64,000 nt of DNA, taken from IMG/VR virus record IMGVR_UViG_3300042014_000090; one strand, 5' to 3'. Position 1 is the first letter of the stretch. Each line of letters begins with the position of its first letter. Under the pieces are notes generated by a model. The model saw only the letters and a list, made by a program, of their open reading frames with translations. It was not told the origin of the DNA and ran no database searches. Positions 1 to 8,727 of the stretch are shown in pieces. A program made the position numbers and the translations under genes. This DNA comes from an uncultured virus (IMG/VR IMGVR_UViG_3300042014_000090) (lineage: Duplodnaviria > Heunggongvirae > Uroviricota > Caudoviricetes).

Positions 1-78
1 GCCGGGCTGATCGGGCGCCGAGCTGGCCAGTGCCATCCCTCGCCCATCCATCACGGCGGCCGGACATCCCGGCCGCCG

Positions 79-303
79 TTGTCAGAGACAGGTGATACAT
101 CAATGAACATGAAGTCCAGCGACCGTTCCATCCACGCCCGGCGTCAGGCGTTCGCCGTCGACCGGGCCTTGTCCAGCGCCTTCGGCGAACTGGAGGGAGC
201 CATCCGCCTTCTGCCCGAGCATGAGAGCGAGCTTCGCCAGATGACCTACGACATCGCGCGGATGCAGAGCCGGATCATGGAGATCACCGAGGGGGTCCGG
301 TGA
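79..303 (+). CDS. hypothetical protein
   Basis: ORF track; GC3-rich codons; stop overlaps next GTG. Confidence 0.55.
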   Translation: MSETGDTSMNMKSSDRSIHARRQAFAVDRALSSAFGELEGAIRLLPEHESELRQMTYDIARMQSRIMEITEGVR

Positions 304-589
304 GCGTGACTTCAACTACATCCTCATCGACTGCCCCCCGTCGCTGGGCCTGCTGACCGTCAACGCCTTCGCCGGACCAGCACCGAGGCATCCACCACCA
401 CGCCGCCAACACTCCTGCCGAGCTGTGGTCCTGGCTTCAACTCCAGGACCCCGAGGCATACCCCGGCACGGCGTTCTGTCTGGACACCGATGAGTGGACC
501 CAGGTGGTGAAGAAGCTCGATCTCCATGGCACCGTCCACGTCGAGACCGAGTACGACTGTGACCTCGTGGTCACCCGTCACCTGCGCTG
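300..589 (+). pseudogene. small gene disrupted by a parA-derived 64-bp segment
   Basis: GTG300 frame hits TGA at 354 inside the parA copy; the same frame resumes as a protein-like sequence (IHHHAANTPAELWSWLQ...VVTRHLR*) to 589. Confidence 0.5.
311..374 (+). repeat. 64-bp exact copy of parA nt 7851-7914
   Basis: ttcaactacatcctcatcgactgccccccgtcgctgggcctgctgaccgtcaacgccttcgccg is identical at both positions. Confidence 0.95.
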
Positions 590-601
590 AGGAGAGACGT
601 C

Positions 602-940
602 ATGACGCGTAGACACAGCACTCATGCGCGCAGTGAGATCTTCAGCGTCCTCAAGGGACATTCGCTGATCACGCTTCCCATGGAGGAGGGAAACCTCGAC
701 CAGGATCTCTACGTCGCCGCGCTCCTCGACCGCATCGAAAACGACCGCGCCCACGCCGAGGCGCAGAAGTTGTTGCAGCGGGGGGAAGAGATGCGCGCCA
801 ACGGCCGACCAGACGGTACCGCCACCATCGGCTACGTCATTGGTGGGGCCCTGGTCGTAGAAGCCCTGGCGATGGATCCCTACGAGACCCGCGATGGGCA
901 ACTCGTCCGCAAGTCCGACGGCAAGCCCGTCACCATCTGA
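602..940 (+). CDS. hypothetical protein
   Basis: GAGGAG RBS; operon packing. Confidence 0.7.
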   Translation: MTRRHSTHARSEIFSVLKGHSLITLPMEEGNLDQDLYVAALLDRIENDRAHAEAQKLLQRGEEMRANGRPDGTATIGYVIGGALVVEALAMDPYETRDGQLVRKSDGKPVTI

Positions 941-949
941 AGGAGCACC

Positions 950-1231
950 ATGCACCACTGGAAGGCCGAAGTCACCGTGACTGGCATCCCCGTCGTCACG
1001 GAGGAGGAACTCGAATCCGCGAACTCCGTGATCCACGGCGTGCTGGGACACGACAAGTCCCGCGACGAGTTGACCCTGATCTGGCGGTTCACCAACGGGT
1101 CGCCGGACATCTCGGATGCCATCGAGCAGGCGTCCGCCGCCTGGCGTATGGCCGTCGAGCATGTCGAGGGTGCCTACGACCCGGTGTGCACGGACTTCCG
1201 GGTCCGGCGCGTCGAGGCGGAGGAGGGCTGA
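950..1231 (+). CDS. hypothetical protein
   Basis: AAGGAG RBS. Confidence 0.75.
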   Translation: MHHWKAEVTVTGIPVVTEEELESANSVIHGVLGHDKSRDELTLIWRFTNGSPDISDAIEQASAAWRMAVEHVEGAYDPVCTDFRVRRVEAEEG

Positions 1232-1233
1232 CT

Positions 1234-1566
1234 GTGGAGATCGTCGTGTACGTCTTCCTGATGGCCGCCGTCATCGGGCTCATGGGAATGATCGTCAAGC
1301 TGACAAAGTACCTCGGGAAGGAGCTGAAGAGCGACGCTGAACGGCGTCGACTCCAGCCCATCTGCGGATGCACGCACAACCTCTCGTTCCACGACCGCGA
1401 GACCGGCCAATGCAACGCGCAGAACCGTGTCGAGGTGGACTGGGACGACGTCGGCACACCCATTCGCTGGGGCCAGGAGCAGTGCACCTGCCGCCGGTAC
1501 ACCGGTCCCGAGCCCATGATCACCTACTACGCGCCAGAGATCGCGAGCAGCGAGGAGAATCCGTGA
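1234..1566 (+). CDS. membrane-anchored Cys-rich hypothetical protein
   Basis: N-terminal hydrophobic helix, CxCxH...CxC motifs; GGAGG RBS before GTG1234. Confidence 0.7.
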   Translation: MEIVVYVFLMAAVIGLMGMIVKLTKYLGKELKSDAERRRLQPICGCTHNLSFHDRETGQCNAQNRVEVDWDDVGTPIRWGQEQCTCRRYTGPEPMITYYAPEIASSEENP

Positions 1567-1769
1567 CCAAGCGATCACCCGCCGACTCCCTCGACAAGAT
1601 CGCCACCTTCTTCGAGAACGTGGCCAGCATGGTCAAGGAGACCGGTGGCATCTTCATGCACGACAACTTCAACGCCGCCGAGAAGCGCGTCATCGTGCGC
1701 GTCTGCAACTCGCTGGCCCGCAGACATCGCGACGAGGCGGACCAGGAACGAGTGAAGGAGCGGCCGTGA
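1563..1769 (+). CDS. hypothetical protein
   Basis: GTGA overlap; GAGGAG RBS. Confidence 0.65.
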   Translation: MTKRSPADSLDKIATFFENVASMVKETGGIFMHDNFNAAEKRVIVRVCNSLARRHRDEADQERVKERP

Positions 1770-2050
1770 CCACCGACTACACCCCCGGCGACCCGCCGGT
1801 CCCCATCGGCTCGGTCGTCGAGTACGACGACGGTGGCCGGTTCAGGATCCTCGGCCGCGACGACCCCGAGCAGCATCCGCACCGGCAACAGCTGCCCGAC
1901 GATCTCGCGTCGTACTACCCGGACGGCGCTGCCTACTACCTCTGGCCGGAGGGAGTCGCCATGAAGTTCGGCAACCGCGACCAGTCCGTGGCCTGGGTCC
2001 GGCGTACGTCGCTCCGGATCATCGAGACGCCCCGAGAGAAGGATGAATGA
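1766..2050 (+). CDS. hypothetical protein
   Basis: GTGA overlap; AAGGAG RBS. Confidence 0.7.
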   Translation: MTTDYTPGDPPVPIGSVVEYDDGGRFRILGRDDPEQHPHRQQLPDDLASYYPDGAAYYLWPEGVAMKFGNRDQSVAWVRRTSLRIIETPREKDE

Positions 2051-2844
2051 CCACCCCCGACAACCGAACCGCCCTCGGTGACCGCATGAAGCGGTACGAG
2101 CGCGCCTTCAAGCAGACGCTTCCACGCCGTGCCTACACCCTCATGCGCCTCGATGGCCGCGCCTTCCACACCTACCTGAAGGACTCCGAGAAGCCCTTCG
2201 ACAATGGTTTCGTCGAGGACATGGACGCCGTGGCAACGGTCCTGTGCAAGGAGATCCAGGGTGTCCAGTTCGCCTACACCCAGTCCGACGAGATCAGCCT
2301 GCTGATCACGGACTTCCAGACTCTCCAGTCCGATCCGCCCTTCGGTGGGGTGGTGGCCAAGCTGCTGTCCATCCCGCCGTCAATCGCCTCGGTGGTCATG
2401 CACTCACGGCGTCAGTCGCGATTGCTGCCGCAGTTCGACTGCCGGGTCTGGTCGATGACCGATCCGGTGGAGGTGGCGAACTACTTCGTCTGGCGCCAGC
2501 GGGATGCGGTCACCAACTCGATCCAGATGCTGGCCCAGCACTACTACCGGCCGCGCAGCCTGCACGGCCGCTCAACGAACGAGCTTCAGGGCATCCTGTT
2601 CCGCGAGCAGGGCGTCAACTGGAACGACCTCGACGGCGGACTCAAGCGGGGCCGGGTCGTCTATCCCAAGTACCGGACCGCAGAAGCGCTCGCCGCATCC
2701 GGCGACGACAAGCAGATGTCGGCCGCCTGGCTGGTGTCTCCGGCCTCGAACTTCGTCGCCGCTCCAGACAACTGGCTGGCAGCCGTCATCCCGCCGCTGC
2801 CGAGCCTTCACGGCACAGAGCTTCCCCAGGGAGGGGAGAGGTAA
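2047..2844 (+). CDS. thg1: tRNA-His guanylyltransferase (Thg1-like 3'-5' polymerase)
   Basis: LGDRMKRYE, RLDGRAFHTY, YTQSDEISLL, FDCR, NYFVWRQRDA, GVNWND motifs. Confidence 0.92.
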   Translation: MTTPDNRTALGDRMKRYERAFKQTLPRRAYTLMRLDGRAFHTYLKDSEKPFDNGFVEDMDAVATVLCKEIQGVQFAYTQSDEISLLITDFQTLQSDPPFGGVVAKLLSIPPSIASVVMHSRRQSRLLPQFDCRVWSMTDPVEVANYFVWRQRDAVTNSIQMLAQHYYRPRSLHGRSTNELQGILFREQGVNWNDLDGGLKRGRVVYPKYRTAEALAASGDDKQMSAAWLVSPASNFVAAPDNWLAAVIPPLPSLHGTELPQGGER

Positions 2845-2862
2845 CGACAGACAGGAGACCGC

Positions 2863-3102
2863 ATGACCATACCCATCTTCGACCCCTACGGTGAGGAGTA
2901 CGGAGACTGGGAGGATCCCTACTCCCACGTATTCCTCACCATGTGCACCGGCTGCCCCATGTGCGTGGCCTGGGAGGGCAAGCCGTACGACCAGATCCGC
3001 GCCGAGCGCGTAGACCTGACCGTACGACGCCGCTCCCGCCGGGTTCTGGAACCCACCGCACGGGAGATAGCAGCCGAGGACCGGGCCTACTGGAACCAGT
3101 AG
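2863..3102 (+). CDS. hypothetical protein
   Basis: AGGAG RBS; CxxCxxC. Confidence 0.6.
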   Translation: MTIPIFDPYGEEYGDWEDPYSHVFLTMCTGCPMCVAWEGKPYDQIRAERVDLTVRRRSRRVLEPTAREIAAEDRAYWNQ

Positions 3103-3112
3103 GTACGTCGAC

Positions 3113-3149
3113 GAGGGCACACCCCAAGGTGAAGTTGGGGTGTGCCCTC
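3113..3149 (+). terminator. stem-loop (probable terminator)
   Basis: gagggcacaccccaa ... ttggggtgtgccctc inverted repeat. Confidence 0.55.
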
Positions 3150-3238
3150 CTCCGCTAGTCTGCAACAACCCAACGATCAAAGGCCAGTTTGCGGGTGCCG
3201 CTCTACCCCGCTCTCCTGTGCAAGACAAGGACGTCACC

Positions 3239-3682
3239 ATGGTCTACGGACCCCCGCTGTATCCGCCGCCCCCTCCGCCGCCGCCGCCGAAGCGGAACAC
3301 ACCCCTGATCGTCATAGCCTGCGTCCTCGGTGGCGTCTTCTGGGCCACGGTCTTCGCCTCCGTGATGGACGACGATGACACCGAGACGAAGAGGGAGACC
3401 GTGTCGATTACGGCCCCCGCCACTGACGTCGAAACGGAAGATCCCACCGAGGACCCCACCTCCGACGCCGCCCTCGGCGACGACTTCACCAGGATCATCG
3501 TCGACACCGTCTGGGAGGACATGACGCAGGAGGACCAGGATTCCATGTGCCTGGGCATCGAGGTCTTCGGGGTGGAGTGGGCCGCCGACGAGATGCGCGG
3601 CAGCGGTGACGACCCGGACATCGACTGGGACCTCGCCGCCGAAATCATCGAGGAGAAGTGCGACGAGCGCAGCACTTACTGA
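3239..3682 (+). CDS. membrane protein with poly-Pro N-terminus and acidic extracellular domain
   Basis: PPPPPPPP, TM helix PLIVIACVLGGVFWATVFASV, paired Cys. Confidence 0.75.
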   Translation: MVYGPPLYPPPPPPPPPKRNTPLIVIACVLGGVFWATVFASVMDDDDTETKRETVSITAPATDVETEDPTEDPTSDAALGDDFTRIIVDTVWEDMTQEDQDSMCLGIEVFGVEWAADEMRGSGDDPDIDWDLAAEIIEEKCDERSTY

Positions 3683-3697
3683 ACGCACGTTCGAATT

Positions 3698-3713
3698 CGT
3701 TCCACGTGAAACA
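3698..3713. promoter_or_regulatory. parS-like palindrome 1
   Basis: CGTTCCACGTGAAACA vs chromosomal parS consensus TGTTTCACGTGAAACA. Confidence 0.8.
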
Positions 3714-3728
3714 TCACCAGGAGACACC

Positions 3729-4424
3729 ATGGCAGTCCCGACCCCCGACGAGCTGTACGACTTCTTCACTCAATACATCGACGCCAAGACATTCAACGGT
3801 CAGCACCCCGTGTTCAGCTGGGACCACCTGAACACAGCCGCGTTCCGCCACTTCAAGAGCACGTCCAACGCCATCGGCAAGCGCATGAAGGAACTCGCGG
3901 CCGACGGGCGACTGGCGAGCGTCGAGATCAGCTATCACGGATATGCGCATCTCAAGCATGAGGCGTTCAGGGCCGGGAGCTTCACCCTGTACTTCGCGTT
4001 CGCCCCCGACTACCACGCGCCGGAGCGTGGGCACATTACGCACGAGCGCCCGAAGGACCACCCCAACCCCTGGGCCAACGGCAATCGCGACTACTACACC
4101 ACCAGGCTCCGCCTCGACGCCATGACCGCTGCGTTCCTGGAAGCCAAGAAGCAGCACGACGAGGCGAAGCGCAAGGAGGCCGAAGAGGAGCAGGGCAGCC
4201 TTCAGGGTGCCCTGAACGCCCTCGCTCCCGATGCCACCCAGCTGCTGGAGCGGCTCAACGACGTAATCCCCGGCCTCGACAAGCGGATGCGCCACAGGTC
4301 GTTCGCCGAACAGGACCGCGTCTTCCTCTCCCTCGACTTCAGTGACACCAAGGACATCGGCGCGTTCCTCGACATCCTGCGCCGGGGTCTGCCGGATGTT
4401 CCACGTGAAACCAAGGAGAACTGA
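3729..4424 (+). CDS. hypothetical protein
   Basis: AGGAG RBS before ATG3729. Confidence 0.75.
   Translation: MAVPTPDELYDFFTQYIDAKTFNGQHPVFSWDHLNTAAFRHFKSTSNAIGKRMKELAADGRLASVEISYHGYAHLKHEAFRAGSFTLYFAFAPDYHAPERGHITHERPKDHPNPWANGNRDYYTTRLRLDAMTAAFLEAKKQHDEAKRKEAEEEQGSLQGALNALAPDATQLLERLNDVIPGLDKRMRHRSFAEQDRVFLSLDFSDTKDIGAFLDILRRGLPDVPRETKEN
4397..4412. promoter_or_regulatory. parS-like palindrome 2
   Basis: TGTTCCACGTGAAACC. Confidence 0.8.
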
Positions 4425-4427
4425 CCC

Positions 4428-4781
4428 ATGACCGTCAAGCCGCCCATCGCCGAGGAGTATGAGCCCCGCGAGGACAGGTTGCCCGAGTGGGTGCGGCGCA
4501 AGCTGGGCCTACTACGCCAGCGGATCACCGAGGAGCGGAAGGCGAGCGCGGCCCTGCGAGGGGACGTCGGTGAGACCGACACCCTCATCCGCTACTACGA
4601 CATCCGGCCGGACCATCCGTTGCCGTCGCGCTCGGAGATCTCCTTCGTGCCCGATCTTGCTCGTCCGCATCAAGAGATCGCCTGCAAACTCCGCGACGGC
4701 GAGCTGAAGGTTCACGGGACCAAGGGACTGATCCTCCGACCGATTTCCAACAACGGCCTCATCATCAAGCTGGAGGACTGA
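4428..4781 (+). CDS. hypothetical protein
   Basis: AAGGAG RBS. Confidence 0.75.
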   Translation: MTVKPPIAEEYEPREDRLPEWVRRKLGLLRQRITEERKASAALRGDVGETDTLIRYYDIRPDHPLPSRSEISFVPDLARPHQEIACKLRDGELKVHGTKGLILRPISNNGLIIKLED

Positions 4782-4784
4782 CCC

Positions 4785-5180
4785 ATGACCGACGACTTCT
4801 TCCAGGCCGACCCCGACGGCAAGATCGTCTACACCGACCGCCAGAACACCTACCAGGCGCCGGAACAGATCATGGAGTTCCAGCCGCGCTTCATCGCCAC
4901 CTTCCCCGGCACTGATCGGCGCATCGCCTTCGGCTTCGTCCGCTGGTCCGACCAGGAGGGCTGGAAGGACGCGACCGGCATGGAGCAGGAGCGCTGGGAC
5001 TCCGGCCGGTGGGCGGTCAAGGAAACCGTCGATGTTCCACGTGAAACATCGCAGCCCGACGCGCCGCACGTCCACGACTACAGCCAGACCCTCGGCTCCT
5101 GGCCGTCCGGTCCCGACGGTGAGACGGCCAGCCTCAAGGCCTGCGCCTGCGGTGCTCAGATCACCGAGGAGGACGAGTGA
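4785..5180 (+). CDS. hypothetical protein
   Basis: GGAGG RBS. Confidence 0.75.
   Translation: MTDDFFQADPDGKIVYTDRQNTYQAPEQIMEFQPRFIATFPGTDRRIAFGFVRWSDQEGWKDATGMEQERWDSGRWAVKETVDVPRETSQPDAPHVHDYSQTLGSWPSGPDGETASLKACACGAQITEEDE
5033..5048. promoter_or_regulatory. parS-like palindrome 3
   Basis: TGTTCCACGTGAAACA within GATGTTCCACGTGAAACATC. Confidence 0.85.
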
Positions 5181-5365
5181 AGCTCCCCGACGACTGGGAT
5201 GCCGAGTCCGGGGGCGGCTTCTTCCCGTACCTCATGCACCTCATTCACAAGCCCTGCGGGATGAGGACCGGCCTGGCGTACGACCTGGACGGCATCGACC
5301 CCGGCTACGGCGAGGCGGCAGCCCGCCGTGTCGTCTATGACCACACCTGTGAGCCCGAGGACTGA
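5177..5365 (+). CDS. hypothetical protein
   Basis: GTGA overlap; GGAGG RBS. Confidence 0.6.
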   Translation: MKLPDDWDAESGGGFFPYLMHLIHKPCGMRTGLAYDLDGIDPGYGEAAARRVVYDHTCEPED

Positions 5366-5368
5366 GTC

Positions 5369-5590
5369 ATGAAGGACTGGCGTAAAACGCCGCCCAACTG
5401 TCCCAGTTGCGGCAAGGTCAGCTTCGAGACCAAGGCGGAGGCCAAGCTGTTCATTCGCCAACGCCCCGACATGGGGCTCAAGGACACCTACCGCTGTTAC
5501 CCCGACGGCCCCTGGCACACCACGAAAAATCGAATCAAGAACAACGCCTCCACCCGACGCAATCAGCCACCGCCATGGGAGAAGGGCTGA
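5369..5590 (+). CDS. small Zn-finger-like protein
   Basis: CPSCGK...YRC...WH. Confidence 0.6.
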   Translation: MKDWRKTPPNCPSCGKVSFETKAEAKLFIRQRPDMGLKDTYRCYPDGPWHTTKNRIKNNASTRRNQPPPWEKG

Positions 5591-5592
5591 CC

Positions 5593-5964
5593 ATGAAGAA
5601 GACCATCCGCGAGAACTTCCGTGTCATCGCCACACCGCAGGCTCTCGGCTACGCCGGATCGTTCACCATCCCCGACGAGAAGATGAGCAGCGATCCGGCG
5701 GCCGACTACCTGGAGCGGTGCCACGAAATCACCCGCATGCTCAGGGCGCACCAGCACGTCGCCAGCGCAGTCGTGCGCTTCGACACCCGCGACGTGTGCT
5801 CTCACTGCGAGGAGCCATGGGAGCCGATGACGGCGGAGCAGGCCGCCAACTCTGACTACTGGCTCGACGAGCACAGCGTCGAGGGCGAGCCCGCTTGCTG
5901 CGGTGAGGCGATCGAGGAGTTCCGTACCGAGCGGGGCGTCCCGCTGCCCGAGGTGAAGACGTGA
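5593..5964 (+). CDS. hypothetical Cys-rich protein
   Basis: CSHC...CC; operon packing. Confidence 0.65.
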   Translation: MKKTIRENFRVIATPQALGYAGSFTIPDEKMSSDPAADYLERCHEITRMLRAHQHVASAVVRFDTRDVCSHCEEPWEPMTAEQAANSDYWLDEHSVEGEPACCGEAIEEFRTERGVPLPEVKT

Positions 5965-7103
5965 CACCCAGCTTTCCCGTCTTCCCCTACCCGGTGATCG
6001 AGCAGCCCTCGGTCTTCAGGATCATGGATCTCATCCAGAGCAGCGTTCATACCTGGATGGACATCCTCAAGCGTGTCGGTGTCGGGGCACTGGCCGATGA
6101 GTTTTCTGGTCTCAGCCTCGAACAGAAGCTGGAACTCGACAAGCGGATGCTCGCCATCCGTCCCGAGTACCGCATGCAGATGCAGACCATGGCGCAAGAC
6201 GTCCGCCCATACCATGTATGGGCGCGGTACCGGGAATCCTACGAGCCGCACCCGGCGATGTCCCGAGAGCTGGTCAAGATGCGATCCAGCACCTCGATCT
6301 CCGGTGACGTGTTCAGCAGGCTGCGACACCCCAACCCGGTGTTTCTCCTGCCAGGCGCCCCGCCGATCACCATGCCCGAGGGCAGCCCCGGTCGGATCCT
6401 CGCCATCTTCATCTGCGGAGCGGTAGCCAAGCGCCACCAGCGCCCGGACGACGCATCTCGGCTTGACGGCGACGACACCCCCGGCAACGCCTCAGTCCTT
6501 CTCGACACCCACGACCCTCACGTCAACGCCTACCACGCGATGATCGTCTCCGAGGTCCACAACCCCGAGGGCACCGAAGTCGTCGACATGGACTGGTGCC
6601 ACATCACTATTCCCGTCAGAAGCGAGTTCACCCTCGACGGCATCGCACGCAGTACGGCGGAGGACGGATTCAACTGGTCCATTCCGAGGGAAACCAGCGA
6701 GGACAAGCGCTACGAGTACCTCCTCGGTGTCGCGCAGGCCACGGTCTCGCACCTGCTGTACGCCTGCTCGCGCACCGTCGAAGTCGATGACAAGCCACGT
6801 GCCACCCGGCCGCCCGCCAAGCGCGGGAAGGGAACACCCAAGCCGCCCCCGGCCGCACGTGTCCGCCGTATGGGATGGCGTGTCGGAGCCGCCGTTGAGG
6901 ACGGACGCCGCCGCGCAGCTGACCAGCGGACGGCAGCCCCCAGCACTGGCCGCACCGTGGCCCCGCATATGCGAGCCGCACACCCGCACCTCTACCGTGT
7001 CGGCCCCGGCCGCAAGGAGATCGAGATCAAGTTCCTCGGCCCGATCCCCGTGAACATGGCCAAGGACGACGGCATCACCATCACCAACCACCCCATGCGG
7101 TAG
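5961..7103 (+). CDS. AcrVA2/FinQ-like protein (C-terminal PHxRxAH motif)
   Basis: C-terminus VAPHMRAAHPHLYRVGPGRKEIEIKFLGPIPVN after a basic linker; LLYACS segment. Confidence 0.55.
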   Translation: MTPSFPVFPYPVIEQPSVFRIMDLIQSSVHTWMDILKRVGVGALADEFSGLSLEQKLELDKRMLAIRPEYRMQMQTMAQDVRPYHVWARYRESYEPHPAMSRELVKMRSSTSISGDVFSRLRHPNPVFLLPGAPPITMPEGSPGRILAIFICGAVAKRHQRPDDASRLDGDDTPGNASVLLDTHDPHVNAYHAMIVSEVHNPEGTEVVDMDWCHITIPVRSEFTLDGIARSTAEDGFNWSIPRETSEDKRYEYLLGVAQATVSHLLYACSRTVEVDDKPRATRPPAKRGKGTPKPPPAARVRRMGWRVGAAVEDGRRRAADQRTAAPSTGRTVAPHMRAAHPHLYRVGPGRKEIEIKFLGPIPVNMAKDDGITITNHPMR

Positions 7104-7110
7104 GAGAACC

Positions 7111-7419
7111 ATGCCCTACACCATCACCATGCCCGGCAAGCTCTACCAAGGGCTCGCCGGACGCGACGCGTTCCACAACGACAACCCCACCGACCAGGCC
7201 TGCCTCGCCATATTCAAGGCGGCCGAGGTCATCGAGATGACCAACGGCGTCCGCTACGTCATCACCGGCGACAAGCAGGTGGTCGACGAGATCCTGCTGT
7301 ACCTGCACAGCCTCCTCGGCCTCGTCGAGCACGGCCTTCTGCCCGTCAGCGAACTCGGCGTGCCCCGCAAGCTCCTGGAGAAGACCGCCAAGCAGACACC
7401 CCAGGAAGTCGACAAGTAG
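7111..7419 (+). CDS. hypothetical protein
   Basis: AGGAG RBS. Confidence 0.7.
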   Translation: MPYTITMPGKLYQGLAGRDAFHNDNPTDQACLAIFKAAEVIEMTNGVRYVITGDKQVVDEILLYLHSLLGLVEHGLLPVSELGVPRKLLEKTAKQTPQEVDK

Positions 7420-7454
7420 TCATACCAGCAAAACCACTCACCACGAGAGGCATC

Positions 7455-8264
7455 ATGACCACCGACACCAAGACGCTTCCCCTTCCGGCTCAGACCCGCA
7501 CCATCGTCATCGCCAACCAGAAGGGCGGCGTCGCCAAGACCACCACCACCGTCAATATCGGCGCGGCCCTGGCCGAGGCGGGAGCCACCGTCCTCATCAT
7601 CGACCTCGACCCCCAGGGCAACGCCTCCACCGCCCTTGACATCGACAAGCACGCCGAGGACATGCTCTCGATCTACGACGTGCTGATCGAAGACAAGCCC
7701 CTCGACGAAGCCATGCAGGAGACAGCCTTCTCCGGAAACCTCTACTGCGTCCCCGCCACCATCGACCTCGCCGGTGCCGAGATCGAGCTGTTCTCCCTGA
7801 TCAACCGGGAGAACCGGCTCAAGCTCGCCCTCGAAGCCTGCGACATGGGTTTCAACTACATCCTCATCGACTGCCCCCCGTCGCTGGGCCTGCTGACCGT
7901 CAACGCCTTCGCCGCTGGGCACGAGATCCTCGTCCCGATCCAGTGCGAGTTCTACGCCCTGGAGGGCGTCAGCCAGCTCATCGGCTCTGTGGACCAGATC
8001 CAGAAGCACCTCAACCCGAGCCTGCACATCTCCACCGTGCTGCTCACCATGTACGACGCGCGCACCAACCTCGCCGATCAGGTCGCCGAGCAGGTCCGCA
8101 TGCACTTCCCCGAGCAGACCCTCAAGACCAAGATCCCCCGCTCTGTCCGAGCCGCCGAAGCCCCCAGCCACGGCAAGACGCTCATCGAGTACGAGCCGGG
8201 TGGTCCCGCCGCTCTGGCCTACGTCGAGGCCGCCCGCGAGCTGGCCGAGCGAGGTGTCCGGTGA
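7455..8264 (+). CDS. parA: chromosomal-type ParA/Soj ATPase
   Basis: ANQKGGVAKTT, IDLDPQGNAS, IDCPPSLGLLTVNA, PIQCEFYALEG, IPRSVR..EAPSHG. Confidence 0.95.
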   Translation: MTTDTKTLPLPAQTRTIVIANQKGGVAKTTTTVNIGAALAEAGATVLIIDLDPQGNASTALDIDKHAEDMLSIYDVLIEDKPLDEAMQETAFSGNLYCVPATIDLAGAEIELFSLINRENRLKLALEACDMGFNYILIDCPPSLGLLTVNAFAAGHEILVPIQCEFYALEGVSQLIGSVDQIQKHLNPSLHISTVLLTMYDARTNLADQVAEQVRMHFPEQTLKTKIPRSVRAAEAPSHGKTLIEYEPGGPAALAYVEAARELAERGVR

Positions 8265-8287
8265 GCTGGCCGAGCGAGGTGTCCGGT
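8238..8287 (+). repeat. 25-bp tandem duplication at parA stop
   Basis: gagctggccgagcgaggtgtccggt x2. Confidence 0.9.
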
Positions 8288-8475
8288 GAGCGTCCTGAAG
8301 GTGATGCCGTCACCGCGAGCGCAGATCCACAAGGCGTTCCGGAGGCGGGTCCCGACGACTACCACCCCGGCGAGGAGCGCCCCGACTGCCCCGGATGCGT
8401 CGCGGGCAAGGAGCACTACCACCGCAAGTCGGACGGCTCGCCAGTCATCAACCCTGGTCATGGGGCGGGCTGACG

Positions 8476-8690
8476 TGGGGTTCTACAAAGATCTGATGAT
8501 GAACCGCGACGCGTTCCTCGAACTGCGTACCAAGATCCAGAACGTGCTGGCCGCGAATCCGGAGACCTCCGGCGGCGAGATCCTCGTGATCGACATCTGC
8601 CCCGACACCGGCGGGCTGCTCATCACCGCACAGTACGGCAGCGGCCAGCGCACCCACCGGCTCATCTTCGAGAACGTACAGGAGGACTGA
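8476..8690 (+). CDS. hypothetical protein
   Basis: 3' part of ORF 8286-8690 with GC3-rich codons; start uncertain. Confidence 0.55.
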
Positions 8691-8727
8691 TGACGGAAGT
8701 TCAGGCGTGGAGCGTGGGGGTGGGCGG

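Noticed and set aside
311..7914. 64-bp repeat as a DGR template/variable repeat pair
   Set aside because: The copies are identical (no A-specific mismatches) and no reverse transcriptase is in the window.
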